Source: an uncultured bacterium
GTDB lineage: Bacteria > Chloroflexota > UBA5177 > JANWHV01
NCBI GenBank assembly: GCA_963729625.1
Contig: CAVSOU010000010.1
Location: 544,001-608,000, forward strand
DNA: 64,000 nt
Direction of reading: 5' to 3'
Below are positions 30,968 through 41,440 of the stretch, piece by piece. A program made the position numbers and the translations under genes. The notes under the pieces are model-generated. The model saw only the letters and a list, made by a program, of their open reading frames with translations. It did not search any database and was not told the origin of the DNA. Position 1 is the stretch's first letter, and every line of letters begins with the position of its first letter.

Positions 30968-32464
30968 ATGCAAGCATATGTTCATCTCGATGCCGAGCAC
31001 GGTGTGGGCCCTATCGACCGTCGCATCTTCGGTGGTTTCTTGGAGCATCTTGGTCGCGCGGTGTATGAGGGCATCTACGATCCAGAGAGCTCGTTGAGCG
31101 ACCGGCACGGCCTGCGGCAGGATGTGCTCGAATGCCTTCGTGATCTGAACATGCCGATAATCCGCTATCCAGGCGGAAATTTCGTCAGCTGCTACGACTG
31201 GAAGGACGGTGTCGGGCCGCGCAACCGGCGGCTCAGTCGCCCGGACTACGCCTGGCGCACGATCGAGTCGAACCAGTTCGGTACCGACGAGTTTATGGAG
31301 TGGTGCGACCTGCTCGGCACGCTGCCCATGCTGGCGGTGAATCTGGGCACAGGTGACACGACTGGTGCGGCAGCGCTCCTGGAGTACTGCAATCTAGCGG
31401 GCGGCACATACTGGGCAGACCGGCGTTGCGAGCACGGTCATGCCGATCCGTACGCGGTCAAGCTGTGGTGTCTGGGCAACGAGATGGACGGCCCCTGGCA
31501 GGCAGGCCATGTGCCCGCGGAGGTCTACGCACAGCGCGCCAATCAGGCAGGAACCGTGATGAAGGGCCTCGACCCGTCAATCGAGACCGTCGTGTGCGGA
31601 TCATCGCATCGCTACATGTCGACGTACATGGAGTGGGATCGTACGGTGCTGGATTACTGCTGGGACCACGTCGACTACATCTCCGCCCATCGCTACAGCC
31701 ACAACCACGCTGGCGACAGTGCCTGGTACCTGGCCGAGGGTCTGGAGATCGATCGCATACTGGAGGACTACGCGGGCTTGCTGGCCTATGTCCGCGGTGT
31801 CAAGAAGTGCGACAAGAGAGTCTTCTTGTCATTCGACGAGTGGAACGTCTGGTATAAGGACCAGGGCGGCGATGGGCAGTGGACCACTGCGCCGCATCTC
31901 TGCGAGGAGATCTACAACCTGGAGGATGCGCTGGTGTGCGCCCAGTACCTCACCAGCTTCATCCGGCACGCCGATACCGTGAAGATCGCGTGCATCGCCC
32001 AGATCGTCAACGTGATCGCGCCCATCCTCACGCGGCGGGAGGGCCTGCTCGTGCAGTCGACCTATCACCCGTTCCGCATGATCTCGCAACACGCGCGCGG
32101 CAATTCCCTTGACCCGGCGCTTTCTTGTCCGATGTATCATGCAGGAGACCGCGGAGACGCTCCAGTATTGGACTGCGCGGCGAGCTACGATGCGACCACC
32201 GAGTCGGCCGCGGTATTCCTCATCAATCGCAGCCTTTGCGAAGAACTGGACGTATCCATCGACCTCTCTGGCCGGCGGATTGCGGGCATCGCCGGCGTAG
32301 AGGTGCTCGGCGGAGCCAACGTGAAGGCTGCGAACAGCTGGGAGCGTCCGCACGCCGTCGCGCCCTTCAAGGGCGAGGCGGCTCTCGACGACGATGGGAC
32401 GGCGCATGTTCGCGTGCCGGCGCCGGGCCTCGCGGTGCTGCGACTTGACGTGGGTCGGGCGTAG
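30968..32464 (+). CDS. Alpha-L-arabinofuranosidase, GH51 (cytoplasmic)
   Basis: FLEHLGRAVYEGIY, IRYPGGNFVS, WCLGNEMDGPWQ (acid/base), SFDEWNVWY (nucleophile), AQIVNVIAPI. Confidence 0.93.
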   Translation: MQAYVHLDAEHGVGPIDRRIFGGFLEHLGRAVYEGIYDPESSLSDRHGLRQDVLECLRDLNMPIIRYPGGNFVSCYDWKDGVGPRNRRLSRPDYAWRTIESNQFGTDEFMEWCDLLGTLPMLAVNLGTGDTTGAAALLEYCNLAGGTYWADRRCEHGHADPYAVKLWCLGNEMDGPWQAGHVPAEVYAQRANQAGTVMKGLDPSIETVVCGSSHRYMSTYMEWDRTVLDYCWDHVDYISAHRYSHNHAGDSAWYLAEGLEIDRILEDYAGLLAYVRGVKKCDKRVFLSFDEWNVWYKDQGGDGQWTTAPHLCEEIYNLEDALVCAQYLTSFIRHADTVKIACIAQIVNVIAPILTRREGLLVQSTYHPFRMISQHARGNSLDPALSCPMYHAGDRGDAPVLDCAASYDATTESAAVFLINRSLCEELDVSIDLSGRRIAGIAGVEVLGGANVKAANSWERPHAVAPFKGEAALDDDGTAHVRVPAPGLAVLRLDVGRA

Positions 32465-32625
32465 AGTACGGGAAGCCAGCTAACGATCCACACATCACGC
32501 TCCGAATGATGCCTGCCGCCAGGCAGTAGTCGCTGGCCAGATCGGCTGCTGCCGTCCGGCGCAGATTAGTGTGTTTCACTGCACTCGCGCCAACCACAAT
32601 CTCTGCCACGGAAGGGAAAGTCAGC

Positions 32626-34566
32626 ATGTACCGACTTGTCAGAGCACTACTGGCGGCGGCAGTGCTCATGCCGGCAGGAGCAAGTGGCGGCTTGACCGAT
32701 ATGCGTCCGTCCCGAGACACGGCGGGAACCCTCACCCTACATCTCGACCAACGCGGGCCGGCGATCAATCCGACGCTCTTCGGGCTGATGTTCGAGGACA
32801 TCAACCACTCCGGCGACGGCGGCATCTATGCGGAGCTTGTCGCCGATCGAAACATGGTCGACGATCCCCAGTCGAACGTGCCATGGGCAACCGAGGCGAC
32901 GGGTCATGCGCAGGGAAGCATCGAGTACGTCACTAGCAAGCCGGCGGGAAAGGGTGCGCTGCGGAGCAGCCTGCGCCTGACAATCGTCAAGATCGCCCGG
33001 GGAGAGCGGGTTGGCATTGTCAACGCTGGCTTCGCCGGTATGCCCGCGCAGCCCTCAACAACATATCGCCTGTCGTTTTACGCTCGAAGCGGTGCCGGGT
33101 TTGCGGGACCGCTTATGGCCAGCCTTGAAGATAACCTCGGAAGGGTTCTCGCCACGTCGACGGTTTCGCGTGTCGGCGACTCGTGGCAGCACTATCAGTT
33201 GGCATTGACCACAAAGGCATGGGTCAAGCAATCCTCGACGAATCACCTCGTGATCTCAGGCACGCATACGGGCATCGTGTGGTTCAGTTTTGTCTCGCTC
33301 TTTCCCCCGACCTGGAACAATCGGCCAAATGGCATGCGTGTCGACCTGATGCGTGACCTTCGTGCACTGAATCCTGGATTTCTGCGCTTCCCAGGAGGGA
33401 ATTTCCTCGAGGGCCAAACGGTGGCAACCCGCTTCAATTGGAAGTACACCATCGGTCCAGTCGCACTCAGACCGGGTCACCCGGACGACGCGTGGGGCTA
33501 CTGGTCAAGCGATGGTCTGGGACTGCTGGGATACCTCGAATGGTGTGAGGATTTGCATATGGTCCCGGTGCTTGCCGTGTTCGCCGGCTACGCGCTGCAG
33601 GGCACGTACATCCCGGCAGGACCTCAGCTTGCGCCCTATGTTGCCGATGCGCTGGACGAAATCCAATACGCGAGCGGTGCCGTGACCACGTCGTGGGGCG
33701 CGCGGCGCGCGGCTGACGGGCACGCAGCGCCGTTCACCATCCGCTATGTCGAAGTCGGTAACGAAGACTTTTTTGACCAGTCCGGTAGTTACGATGGGCG
33801 ATTTGCGCAGTTCTACAATGCAATCAAGGCCGTATACCCACACATGCAGATCATCGCGACAACCAGCGTGAAAAGTCGAGTGCCGGATATGATCGACCAG
33901 CACTTTTATGAGAGTCCGGAGTGGTTCGCAGACAATACATCGTACTATGACCGCTACAGCCGCGCCGGGCCGAAGGTCATGGTGGGCGAATATGCTGCTC
34001 GCCCGGACGGTAGCATGATTGGTCAGGGAACGGCCACGCTTGGCACAGCGCTCGGCGAGGCAGCATGGATGACAGGCCTCGAGCGCAATGCGGACGTTGT
34101 GCTGATGGCCTCGTACGCGCCCCTGTTTCAGAACGTGAACGCCTATCAATGGTCGCCGGATCTCATTAGTTACGATAGCCTGACGAGCTATGGCTCGCCA
34201 TCATACTATGTGCAGCAACTATTCGGCCAGAACCTTGGCAGTGTCGTCGTGCCTGCTACATTGTCGGGAGCCGCGAAGCTCAGCTACGTGGCTAGTCGAG
34301 ACATCAAGACTGGCGCGCTCTACGTTACGGTCGTGAACACGAGCGGCAGCGCACAGAAGGTCGATATCAAGGTCGTCGGCGCGATTGCCGTTTCATCGCG
34401 TGGGACAGCCAGCGTGTTGACCTCAAACAGCACCGACGCGGCCAACTCGCTCACGGATCCCGAGAACGTCCATCCCGTGACCACGACTACCGCCGGTCTC
34501 GGTCGTGCGTTTTCACGCACCTTCCCACCGGACTCGCTCACAGTCCTGCATCTCGATATCACATAG
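32626..34566 (+). CDS. Secreted alpha-L-arabinofuranosidase, GH51 with CBM4/9-like insert
   Basis: Signal peptide MYRLVRALLAAAVLMPAGA; GLMFEDINHSGDGGIYAEL, FLRFPGGNFLEG, VEVGNED, VGEYAA, GLERNADVVLMASYAPL. Confidence 0.92.
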   Translation: MYRLVRALLAAAVLMPAGASGGLTDMRPSRDTAGTLTLHLDQRGPAINPTLFGLMFEDINHSGDGGIYAELVADRNMVDDPQSNVPWATEATGHAQGSIEYVTSKPAGKGALRSSLRLTIVKIARGERVGIVNAGFAGMPAQPSTTYRLSFYARSGAGFAGPLMASLEDNLGRVLATSTVSRVGDSWQHYQLALTTKAWVKQSSTNHLVISGTHTGIVWFSFVSLFPPTWNNRPNGMRVDLMRDLRALNPGFLRFPGGNFLEGQTVATRFNWKYTIGPVALRPGHPDDAWGYWSSDGLGLLGYLEWCEDLHMVPVLAVFAGYALQGTYIPAGPQLAPYVADALDEIQYASGAVTTSWGARRAADGHAAPFTIRYVEVGNEDFFDQSGSYDGRFAQFYNAIKAVYPHMQIIATTSVKSRVPDMIDQHFYESPEWFADNTSYYDRYSRAGPKVMVGEYAARPDGSMIGQGTATLGTALGEAAWMTGLERNADVVLMASYAPLFQNVNAYQWSPDLISYDSLTSYGSPSYYVQQLFGQNLGSVVVPATLSGAAKLSYVASRDIKTGALYVTVVNTSGSAQKVDIKVVGAIAVSSRGTASVLTSNSTDAANSLTDPENVHPVTTTTAGLGRAFSRTFPPDSLTVLHLDIT

Positions 34567-34661
34567 GCTGCTCTCGAGACACACGCCTTCGCTTCTTCCA
34601 CTGTTCACGGCTGCCACGGCCTATCCGTTTGCTGTTGTCCGTAGCGAGCCCACACTCTTCG

Positions 34662-35603
34662 TCAGCTGGGAAAATCCTCCATGGAGGGCACCACGGCAGC
34701 CAGCTCGGCCCAGAGGTCGTCCGGCACGGGATGCTGCGCGAGTGCGATTGTCTCAGCCACCCGTTCCGGTCTGCTGATGCCCACGACTGTCGTGTCGATA
34801 CGCGGTTCTCGCAGCGATATCTGTAGCGCGGCCGCAGCCAGCGGCACCTGATAGCGCGCGCAGATCGCTTCCAGACGGAAGGCCTTGCCAACGACTTCGG
34901 GTAAGGCAACCGTGTAGGCATAGCGAGCGTCGGTGCCCGGACCCTTACTCAGGATGCCACCGCCGTAGACCGCCGCATTTAGCGTGGCCATGCCACGCCT
35001 TTTGGCGAGATCCCACAACCCGTCGGCTACCTTATTGAGCAGCGTGAAGCGGTTATGACAAAGAACGGCCTCGAACGCGCCAGTCTCCACGCAGCGGGTC
35101 ATAACGTCGATCTCGCCACCGGCCACGCCGACATGCTCAACTAATCCCTCCGCCATGCACCACCGGACTGCCTCGAACGGCCCGTCTGGAGCCATGACCT
35201 TCTCGAACGTGCTGAACTCCGGATTGTGGAGAAATACAAGTTGCAGGCGTTGCAATCCTAGCAACTGCAGGCTCCGTTCCACACTCCGGCGCGTTTCATC
35301 GTGTGCCGAGGCGCCAGGGGCCATGCGACATGTGACCTTGGTCATCAGTACGAAGCCATCCGGCAAGCCTCCCCGCTCGCGCAATGCGATGCCGAGCCGC
35401 CGCTCACTCTCTCCGTATCCGGCGGCAGTGTCGGCGCAGTTTGTCGGCCCGTCGAAGATCGCTCGAGCTGTTGCCACGCCTCGCTCCTCGCCGACCGTGT
35501 ATGGAAAGTTCCCGGGATCGCCCAACGGCGCCGTACCGAAGCAAAGCGGATCTACGACGAGACCCGTCGAGCCAAGAGGTTGTTTCCGCCAGCCTGTCTG
35601 CAT
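34662..35603 (-). CDS. Aldo/keto reductase (aldose 1-dehydrogenase-like)
   Basis: LCFGTAPLG, DTAAGYGESERRLG, MTKV, SVERSLQLLG...FLHNP, HNRFTLL. Confidence 0.88.
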   Translation of the reverse strand: MQTGWRKQPLGSTGLVVDPLCFGTAPLGDPGNFPYTVGEERGVATARAIFDGPTNCADTAAGYGESERRLGIALRERGGLPDGFVLMTKVTCRMAPGASAHDETRRSVERSLQLLGLQRLQLVFLHNPEFSTFEKVMAPDGPFEAVRWCMAEGLVEHVGVAGGEIDVMTRCVETGAFEAVLCHNRFTLLNKVADGLWDLAKRRGMATLNAAVYGGGILSKGPGTDARYAYTVALPEVVGKAFRLEAICARYQVPLAAAALQISLREPRIDTTVVGISRPERVAETIALAQHPVPDDLWAELAAVVPSMEDFPS

Positions 35604-36102
35604 GTCTCCTTCAGCCTTTTCCAGTGCCTACGGTAAGGCACTGTATAACTATTCTCAGATCCAAGTTGTTCTAGCCTTGGGCCGGCCCGCCACACCGCGG
35701 CCGGCCGAAATCCGCGGCAACCGCACGCCCAGCGGGCCGTTACCTGCAAGTCCTCGAGCGCGTTGCCTCGGACAACGTGTCCGAACCACTACGCGCTATC
35801 GTCCACGCTCCGCTGTTACAGCGAGAGGTTGATACCTGCACGGCTAAAGTGGGTACTGGCGCCAAGAGCCCATGCGAGTTGATCCGCCGGTGTCCACCAG
35901 AACCACTCGCGCAACTGCACTCGTGCACGGATGGCTCGCATCGCCCGAATGCCCACCGCACGTTTTGCACCCGACAGACTCCACCAGATCCATCTGTCGT
36001 GCGCTCGGTCGTGGTCACTGGCACCCGGGGGCGCGGACAGTGACCCGAGCTGCTGTTGACGGGCTCGTGCCTCCCAGCCTCCCAACGCGAACAGTGGGAT
36101 CG

Positions 36103-36585
36103 TCAACCCGCTCCTGCGGCCGCATGAGGCGACTCGGGTGTAATCTGCATCAGCTCTATCCGGTTGCCGTCGGGATCGGCTATCCAGTACTGCCAGTTGT
36201 GGTCTACGCCCTGAGTAGCCTTGCCTATGCTTTCGGCTGGTACGCCGCGTGCGACCATATCGCGCAAGGTGCTTTGGATATCGTCAACGGTGAGCGCGAA
36301 GTGGTGATAGCTATTCCCGGTGCTTCGCATGAGATCCTCAGGTATGGCCAGTGAAAAACGGCCGGACCCAGTCCCCATCTCGGCCGAGGATCCCACCGGC
36401 GCGCCAACCGGGAATAGTTCGATAAATGCGCCAGGCGCCACCTGGATGTACACGATCCATGGCGACGGCATGCCTTCCTGATCCAGACGGAATGCCTCGC
36501 TGAATCCAAGCTTGTTACAGTAAAAGTCCAGGGCGCGATCGAGATCCGCGATGTGAAATGCTATGTGCCCGATACCGGTCACCAT
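36103..36585 (-). CDS. VOC (glyoxalase-like) family protein, paralog 1
   Basis: GIGHIAF...FYCNKLGF...FIELFP...YHHFALTVDD...DPDGNRIELM. Confidence 0.9.
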   Translation of the reverse strand: MVTGIGHIAFHIADLDRALDFYCNKLGFSEAFRLDQEGMPSPWIVYIQVAPGAFIELFPVGAPVGSSAEMGTGSGRFSLAIPEDLMRSTGNSYHHFALTVDDIQSTLRDMVARGVPAESIGKATQGVDHNWQYWIADPDGNRIELMQITPESPHAAAGAG

Positions 36586-36706
36586 GAGCTGCTCTCCAAA
36601 CTTGTCTCGGCCGAGCCGAGCGCACTAATCCGTCAATCAGGAACCTCTGACCCACAGCTCGGACTGCACCGTCAGAGCGACAAGGAACTGTAACCGCACC
36701 AGTGGA

Positions 36707-37603
36707 TTAGCCCTTGAGCGCGCCCGCGGTCAGGCCGCTGATGAACTGCCGCTGCAGGGCAAGGTAGACGATCACGATGGGCACGGTCGCCATGGTCAAA
36801 CCTGCGGTAAGCGCCGGCCAGTCCGTCGAGTATTGCCCGACGGCCTGATAGAGCGCCGCCTGCAGCGTCTTGGAATCCGGCGACGCCAAAAAGGTATTGG
36901 CAAACATGAACTCGTTCCAGGTACCCATGAACTGAAAGATCGTAATCGTGGCGATGCCAGGGCCAGTAAGCGGCAGGTAGACACGCCGGAACACACCGAA
37001 CTCAGAACAGCCGTCCATCTTGCCCGCGTCGCCCAGCTCGGCAGGTAACGTCTTGAAAAAGGCTCGCATCAAGAATGTCGCGAACGGCAGCGCACCGCCC
37101 AGATACGAGAAGGAGAGACCGGGCGACGTGTCGACCAGGTTGATGTCCTTGAGAAAGATGAACATCGGAACCAGGATAGCGGCTCCCGGAACCATCATTG
37201 CCGATAGGAATATATAGAATACAATCTCGCGTCCCGGAAACGGCAGACGCGCGAACGCGTATCCGGTCAGCGTGGAGACCGCTACCACGATCGCCACGGT
37301 CATCGCCGTGACCACAACCGTGTTCTCGAAAGCCTGAGGGAAGTTCATGGCAGTCCAGGCTCGCTGGTACGCTGAGCCATCCAGCGTGCTGGGGATGATT
37401 GAGCCGAAAGTCTCGTCCTGCGGTGTGACCGACGTCAGCAGCATCCACGCGAGCGGAAAGATAGTGACGATGATCAGCAGGATCAGGATCGCGTAGACTC
37501 CGGACTTCGTGGCGATCGCCTGCGTGCGATAGGAGGAGCCTCGTCTCATCGTCGGCGGCCGGTCCGCCAGGGCCGGAGTTCTAGGCTGACGAGATGTGGC
37601 CAT
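36707..37603 (-). CDS. Carbohydrate ABC permease (MalG-like)
   Basis: GYAFARLPFPGRE, LPAELGDAGKMDGC, WNEFMFA, QRQFISGLTAGALKG. Confidence 0.93.
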   Translation of the reverse strand: MATSRQPRTPALADRPPTMRRGSSYRTQAIATKSGVYAILILLIIVTIFPLAWMLLTSVTPQDETFGSIIPSTLDGSAYQRAWTAMNFPQAFENTVVVTAMTVAIVVAVSTLTGYAFARLPFPGREIVFYIFLSAMMVPGAAILVPMFIFLKDINLVDTSPGLSFSYLGGALPFATFLMRAFFKTLPAELGDAGKMDGCSEFGVFRRVYLPLTGPGIATITIFQFMGTWNEFMFANTFLASPDSKTLQAALYQAVGQYSTDWPALTAGLTMATVPIVIVYLALQRQFISGLTAGALKG

Positions 37604-37627
37604 GATCGGTGCCTCCTTTCTCCCGTA

Positions 37628-38557
37628 TCAATACTCGGTTGCCTCGGATTGTCCGAGACGAATTTGCACGATACTGATGAAGGCGGAAAGCACGAGGATG
37701 ACCACGCCAATCGTGGACGCGTAGCCCAGCTCGGGGTTCGCAGCCCCGTAGGAGCCAAAAGCCGAATAGTAGAGGTACGTACCCAGGGTATCGCTGGAAT
37801 GGACGGGCCCGCCCTCGGTCATGGTCCAGATCTGGTCGAACGCCTTGATGCCGTTGATAGTGTTGAGCACCACCACAACAGTCATGACAGGCCTCAGGAG
37901 AGGTACTGTCACTCGGAGGAATTGGTGCCAGGCGTTCGCGCCGTCGATCGCCGCGGCCTCGTGCAGCTCGTGCGGAATGCTTTGCAGGCCGGCCAGGAAG
38001 ATCACCATGTAGAAACCCATGGCCTGCCAGATCGAGACCACTATGACAGAAGGCAGCGACGTGTTCATGTCGGCCAGCCAGGGGTGAGCGAGGTTCTTGA
38101 GGCCAATGTCGCCAAGCAGGTTGTTGATGACGCCGTTAGTGGGATCGTAGATGATGGTCCACAAGAGCCCGCTGACAGCCAGGGAGATAATCACCGGCAT
38201 GAAGTAGATGGTCCGAAAGATCACGCTGCCGTGGATCTTCCCATTGAGCAGGACGGCGACCAGAAGCGGAATGGCGGTCTGGAAGACCACGGTAACGACG
38301 ACGAACACGGCAGTGTGGGCCAGAGCATTCCGGAACAACTCGTCTTGCAGAAGATCCTGGTAGTTGCCCCATCCGACCCACGTGGCCGGGGTAATGCCGT
38401 TCCAGGACTGGAAGCTCATGATGATGGTCCTGACCATCGGCACGAGCATGAACGCAACCATGATCACCGCTGCCGGGATCAGGAAGGCGATGGGCAGCCC
38501 AAACGTGCGAACTGTTCGCCTGAAGGACCCTCGAGGCCGCATGGTCGAAGCTGCCAT
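37628..38557 (-). CDS. Carbohydrate ABC permease (MalF-like)
   Basis: WVGWGNY, LAGLQSIPHELHEAAAIDGAN, MTEGGP. Confidence 0.93.
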   Translation of the reverse strand: MAASTMRPRGSFRRTVRTFGLPIAFLIPAAVIMVAFMLVPMVRTIIMSFQSWNGITPATWVGWGNYQDLLQDELFRNALAHTAVFVVVTVVFQTAIPLLVAVLLNGKIHGSVIFRTIYFMPVIISLAVSGLLWTIIYDPTNGVINNLLGDIGLKNLAHPWLADMNTSLPSVIVVSIWQAMGFYMVIFLAGLQSIPHELHEAAAIDGANAWHQFLRVTVPLLRPVMTVVVVLNTINGIKAFDQIWTMTEGGPVHSSDTLGTYLYYSAFGSYGAANPELGYASTIGVVILVLSAFISIVQIRLGQSEATEY

Positions 38558-38648
38558 GGCGTTGCGCTAACCTCCGCTCCCCTCGAATCAGAGGACTCCG
38601 TGCTCCGTTCTGATCAAACCGCGCCGTCGCATACACTTGGCGCCGAGG

Positions 38649-38689
38649 CCAGGATCTGTCGTTGCCATGTCGGCAGCGAAAGATCCTGG
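38649..38689 (-). other. Strong stem-loop between SBP2 and the permeases
   Basis: CCAGGATCT / AGATCCTGG plus an inner TGCC/GGCA stem; no U-tract. Confidence 0.7.
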
Positions 38690-38741
38690 TCCCGAATGCC
38701 AGAGAACTCAGGTTCCTGGCACGCCCCAGGCGCCGCAGGCG

Positions 38742-40094
38742 CTAGTGGCGACCCTGCCGCGCCTTCAGCACGTCCGACTGCACCTTTGCCCCGGCCTTGA
38801 GCGGGTCGAGCGCTCCTGCCAGGACGGCTGTAGCGGCATTAGAGACCGCATTCCAGCACCCAACGCCGTAGAGAATGTGGTCCGTGCCGTCCGGCAGATA
38901 CCCGATCATCGTGCTGACCAGCGGGTCCGTGATCATGCTCTTGGCAGTGACGATCGAGGGGAATTGCTGGCTATTCTTGATGATGATGTTGTAGACGGCT
39001 GGGCTGAACAGGTATTTCACGAAATCCAGCGCCAGGTCCAGGTGAGCTCCCTTCGCATTGACCGCGACACCCTCGCCGCTGCCGTCGCCACACCAGTGTC
39101 GTTCGCCCTTGGTGACGGTGGGAACCTTCGCCACGGCGACGAGCGGCTGGACGGCCTTCGGCGCCGCCCCACGCATGTCGCCCACGAACCATGAGCCGTC
39201 CCAGTGCATAACGGACTGGGCGTGGTAGAACATCTCCTCCGATTGCGGCGACTGCGAGAGCCCGTTCACGCCTTCCGGGAACACATTGGCTTTGTTCAGC
39301 TTGCCGAGCAGCGCGAACGCGTCGTTCACCGGTTTGGAGTCCCAGGTCAGCCCCTTCTGGGTCAGGCTGTCCAACGCGTAGACGTCGCCACCGTACTGTG
39401 TCACCAGGGGCAGCACGAAATCTGGCCCAGCATTGCCCAGCGCGTTGCCCCAGGACACTGGGACATAGCCGGCCTTACGGATGGCCGGAGTCATGGCGAT
39501 GAGATCGTCCCAGGTCTCGGGCGGCTGCAGACCCAGCTTCTTCATGATCTGCGTGTTGTAGTACATGCCGAAGTCCTGGGCATTGAGCGGCAACGCGTAG
39601 ATCTTGCCGTTGTCGTAGGTGAACTGCCTGATCGGGCTGGGGAAGAACTGCTTGACGAACGATGCGGGCACGTGGGTGGCGTAGTCGATGCTGTCGCCGG
39701 AGCGACCCAGCTGCGCCGTGAGCGTGGCCGCGTTATAGATGTCCGGCAACGTCTTTGCCGCCACCTGGCTTGTGAAGGCAGGCAGATACTGCGCGTAGGT
39801 GATGAAATCGCTCTGTACGACCACGCCGGGATGCAGCTTGGTGAACCCGGCCAGGATATCCTTGAACCACTGCGGATTGGCGCCAAACGAGTTGTTCCAG
39901 TGCTGAAAGCGCAAGGTGGTGGTAGAACTCGCGCGCACCACTGCCGGGGTGCGCCCGGTCTGCACACCGATTCCCGCGGCAACAGCCGCACCAGCCACGC
40001 CTATCTTCGCCGCGGTTGTCAGTGCGTCGCGGCGGCTTATCTCCACTCGAGCTTGTTCCGTTGGCACCGACTGATCTTGAGTATCTTGCTTCAT
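38742..40094 (-). CDS. Sugar ABC transporter substrate-binding protein 2 (Tat leader)
   Basis: ISRRDALTTAA leader; FTKLHPGVVV, GKIYALP...MYYNTQIMKKLGLQPPETWDDL. Confidence 0.9.
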   Translation of the reverse strand: MKQDTQDQSVPTEQARVEISRRDALTTAAKIGVAGAAVAAGIGVQTGRTPAVVRASSTTTLRFQHWNNSFGANPQWFKDILAGFTKLHPGVVVQSDFITYAQYLPAFTSQVAAKTLPDIYNAATLTAQLGRSGDSIDYATHVPASFVKQFFPSPIRQFTYDNGKIYALPLNAQDFGMYYNTQIMKKLGLQPPETWDDLIAMTPAIRKAGYVPVSWGNALGNAGPDFVLPLVTQYGGDVYALDSLTQKGLTWDSKPVNDAFALLGKLNKANVFPEGVNGLSQSPQSEEMFYHAQSVMHWDGSWFVGDMRGAAPKAVQPLVAVAKVPTVTKGERHWCGDGSGEGVAVNAKGAHLDLALDFVKYLFSPAVYNIIIKNSQQFPSIVTAKSMITDPLVSTMIGYLPDGTDHILYGVGCWNAVSNAATAVLAGALDPLKAGAKVQSDVLKARQGRH

Positions 40095-40330
40095 AGCAAC
40101 CAAACCCTTCCCAACTCTGGGAGGCCACTGCACCAGAGCGAGTGGCGTCTGCCCAGGAAGACGACGAATGATCGGGCTCATTGGCCTGTTCACTGCTCGG
40201 ATATGCCACCTCTCGGCACGTCACGCCAAGCCGACTGTTCAACCCCTCTCTTCAACGACCTGCCGGCCGTCCACTTGCGTCACGGCACAACTCAAAGAGC
40301 GCCGGCCCAGCTAATGCGCTGCTTGCCACG

Positions 40331-41359
40331 TCAGCGGTCTGCGCCTTCAAGACGCGCGGCGAACTGGGCCCTCATTGATTCCCATGCTGCAATCACCTGG
40401 TCGTCGAACGGATCCTCATCGCTATTCGCAATGCCGCCTTGCGCGTCCAGCCAGGCGACACTCCTGCGCACGCCGTCGACGAACGGTATCGAGTAGCGGA
40501 ATTGGAGATCCCGACGCGCCGCGGAAGTGTCAAAGATATTGACGTACTGCAAGTCGTTGACGATAAATGCTGCGTGGCGTGGCGCAACCTCCCCCAGCAG
40601 GCTGGTCGGGATGTGTACCTTGGTTGGCTCCGGCGCGCCCAGTGCTTCGGCTACTTTGTCGTGGTAGCGATTCCACGTGAGCCATTCTTCGCCGGTGACG
40701 TTGTACGCCTGCCCGAAGGTTGCCTTGTTTCCGATCGCCCCGACGAAGCCGCCTGCCACGTCGTCCGCGTGGCAGATCACGGTAAGCGCGTTGCCGTCGC
40801 CATGCACCACGATCGGCTTTCCCTTGCGTATGCGGTCGAGATACGTGGTCGTCAGGCCAAATGTGTGAAACACCCCTCGCCCATCACCGTACGTTGGGCC
40901 TGGACGAAGGATGGTCACGGTGAGATCGCCACGTCGATGCGCGTCGACGAACACGTCTTCACAGCGCGACTTCTTCTGCGCGTACTCGCCAACGGGTGTG
41001 TCGCGTGGCGCATGCTCCGTCAGCGGGTAGCCATCGCCTGCCTTGTTGTAGACCGTGACCGTGCTGCAGAAGATGTAGTGCCCGGTCCTCCCTCGGCAGC
41101 TACGAACGGCGCACCGTGCCTCTTCGGGGTCGAAGCAGACCATGTCGATCACGCAGTCGAAGTAGCCGAGTTGCTCGATCTGCTCTTCAAACCGCGGGTA
41201 GTCGGTGCGGTCGCCACGGACTACGCGGACCTGTCCATCCACGCGCAACGGAGTCTTACCGCGGTTGTAAAGTGTTACGTCATCGCCTCGGCTCACCAGT
41301 TGACGCGTGATGCCCGTGCTGATAAGACCTGATCCGCCGATAATGAGTGTCTTCATCAT
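40331..41359 (-). CDS. NAD-dependent epimerase/dehydratase (atypical extended SDR)
   Basis: LIIGGSGLIS, YNRG, YIFCSTVTVY, YAQKK (YxxxK), LRPGPTYG. Confidence 0.88.
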   Translation of the reverse strand: MMKTLIIGGSGLISTGITRQLVSRGDDVTLYNRGKTPLRVDGQVRVVRGDRTDYPRFEEQIEQLGYFDCVIDMVCFDPEEARCAVRSCRGRTGHYIFCSTVTVYNKAGDGYPLTEHAPRDTPVGEYAQKKSRCEDVFVDAHRRGDLTVTILRPGPTYGDGRGVFHTFGLTTTYLDRIRKGKPIVVHGDGNALTVICHADDVAGGFVGAIGNKATFGQAYNVTGEEWLTWNRYHDKVAEALGAPEPTKVHIPTSLLGEVAPRHAAFIVNDLQYVNIFDTSAARRDLQFRYSIPFVDGVRRSVAWLDAQGGIANSDEDPFDDQVIAAWESMRAQFAARLEGADR

Positions 41360-41440
41360 CTACCCTTCTTGCGTATGGCTTCAGGCCAGGCTGTGCTTGG
41401 TCGCTTCACAGTATCGTTTCCGGGCAGCGCCAGCCTAAGC

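Noticed and set aside
35620-36100. 500-bp gap between AKR and VOC1 with several short hairpins and small ORFs
   Set aside because: Stems are 6-7 bp and independent, as expected at this GC content; the ORFs have no recognisable features.
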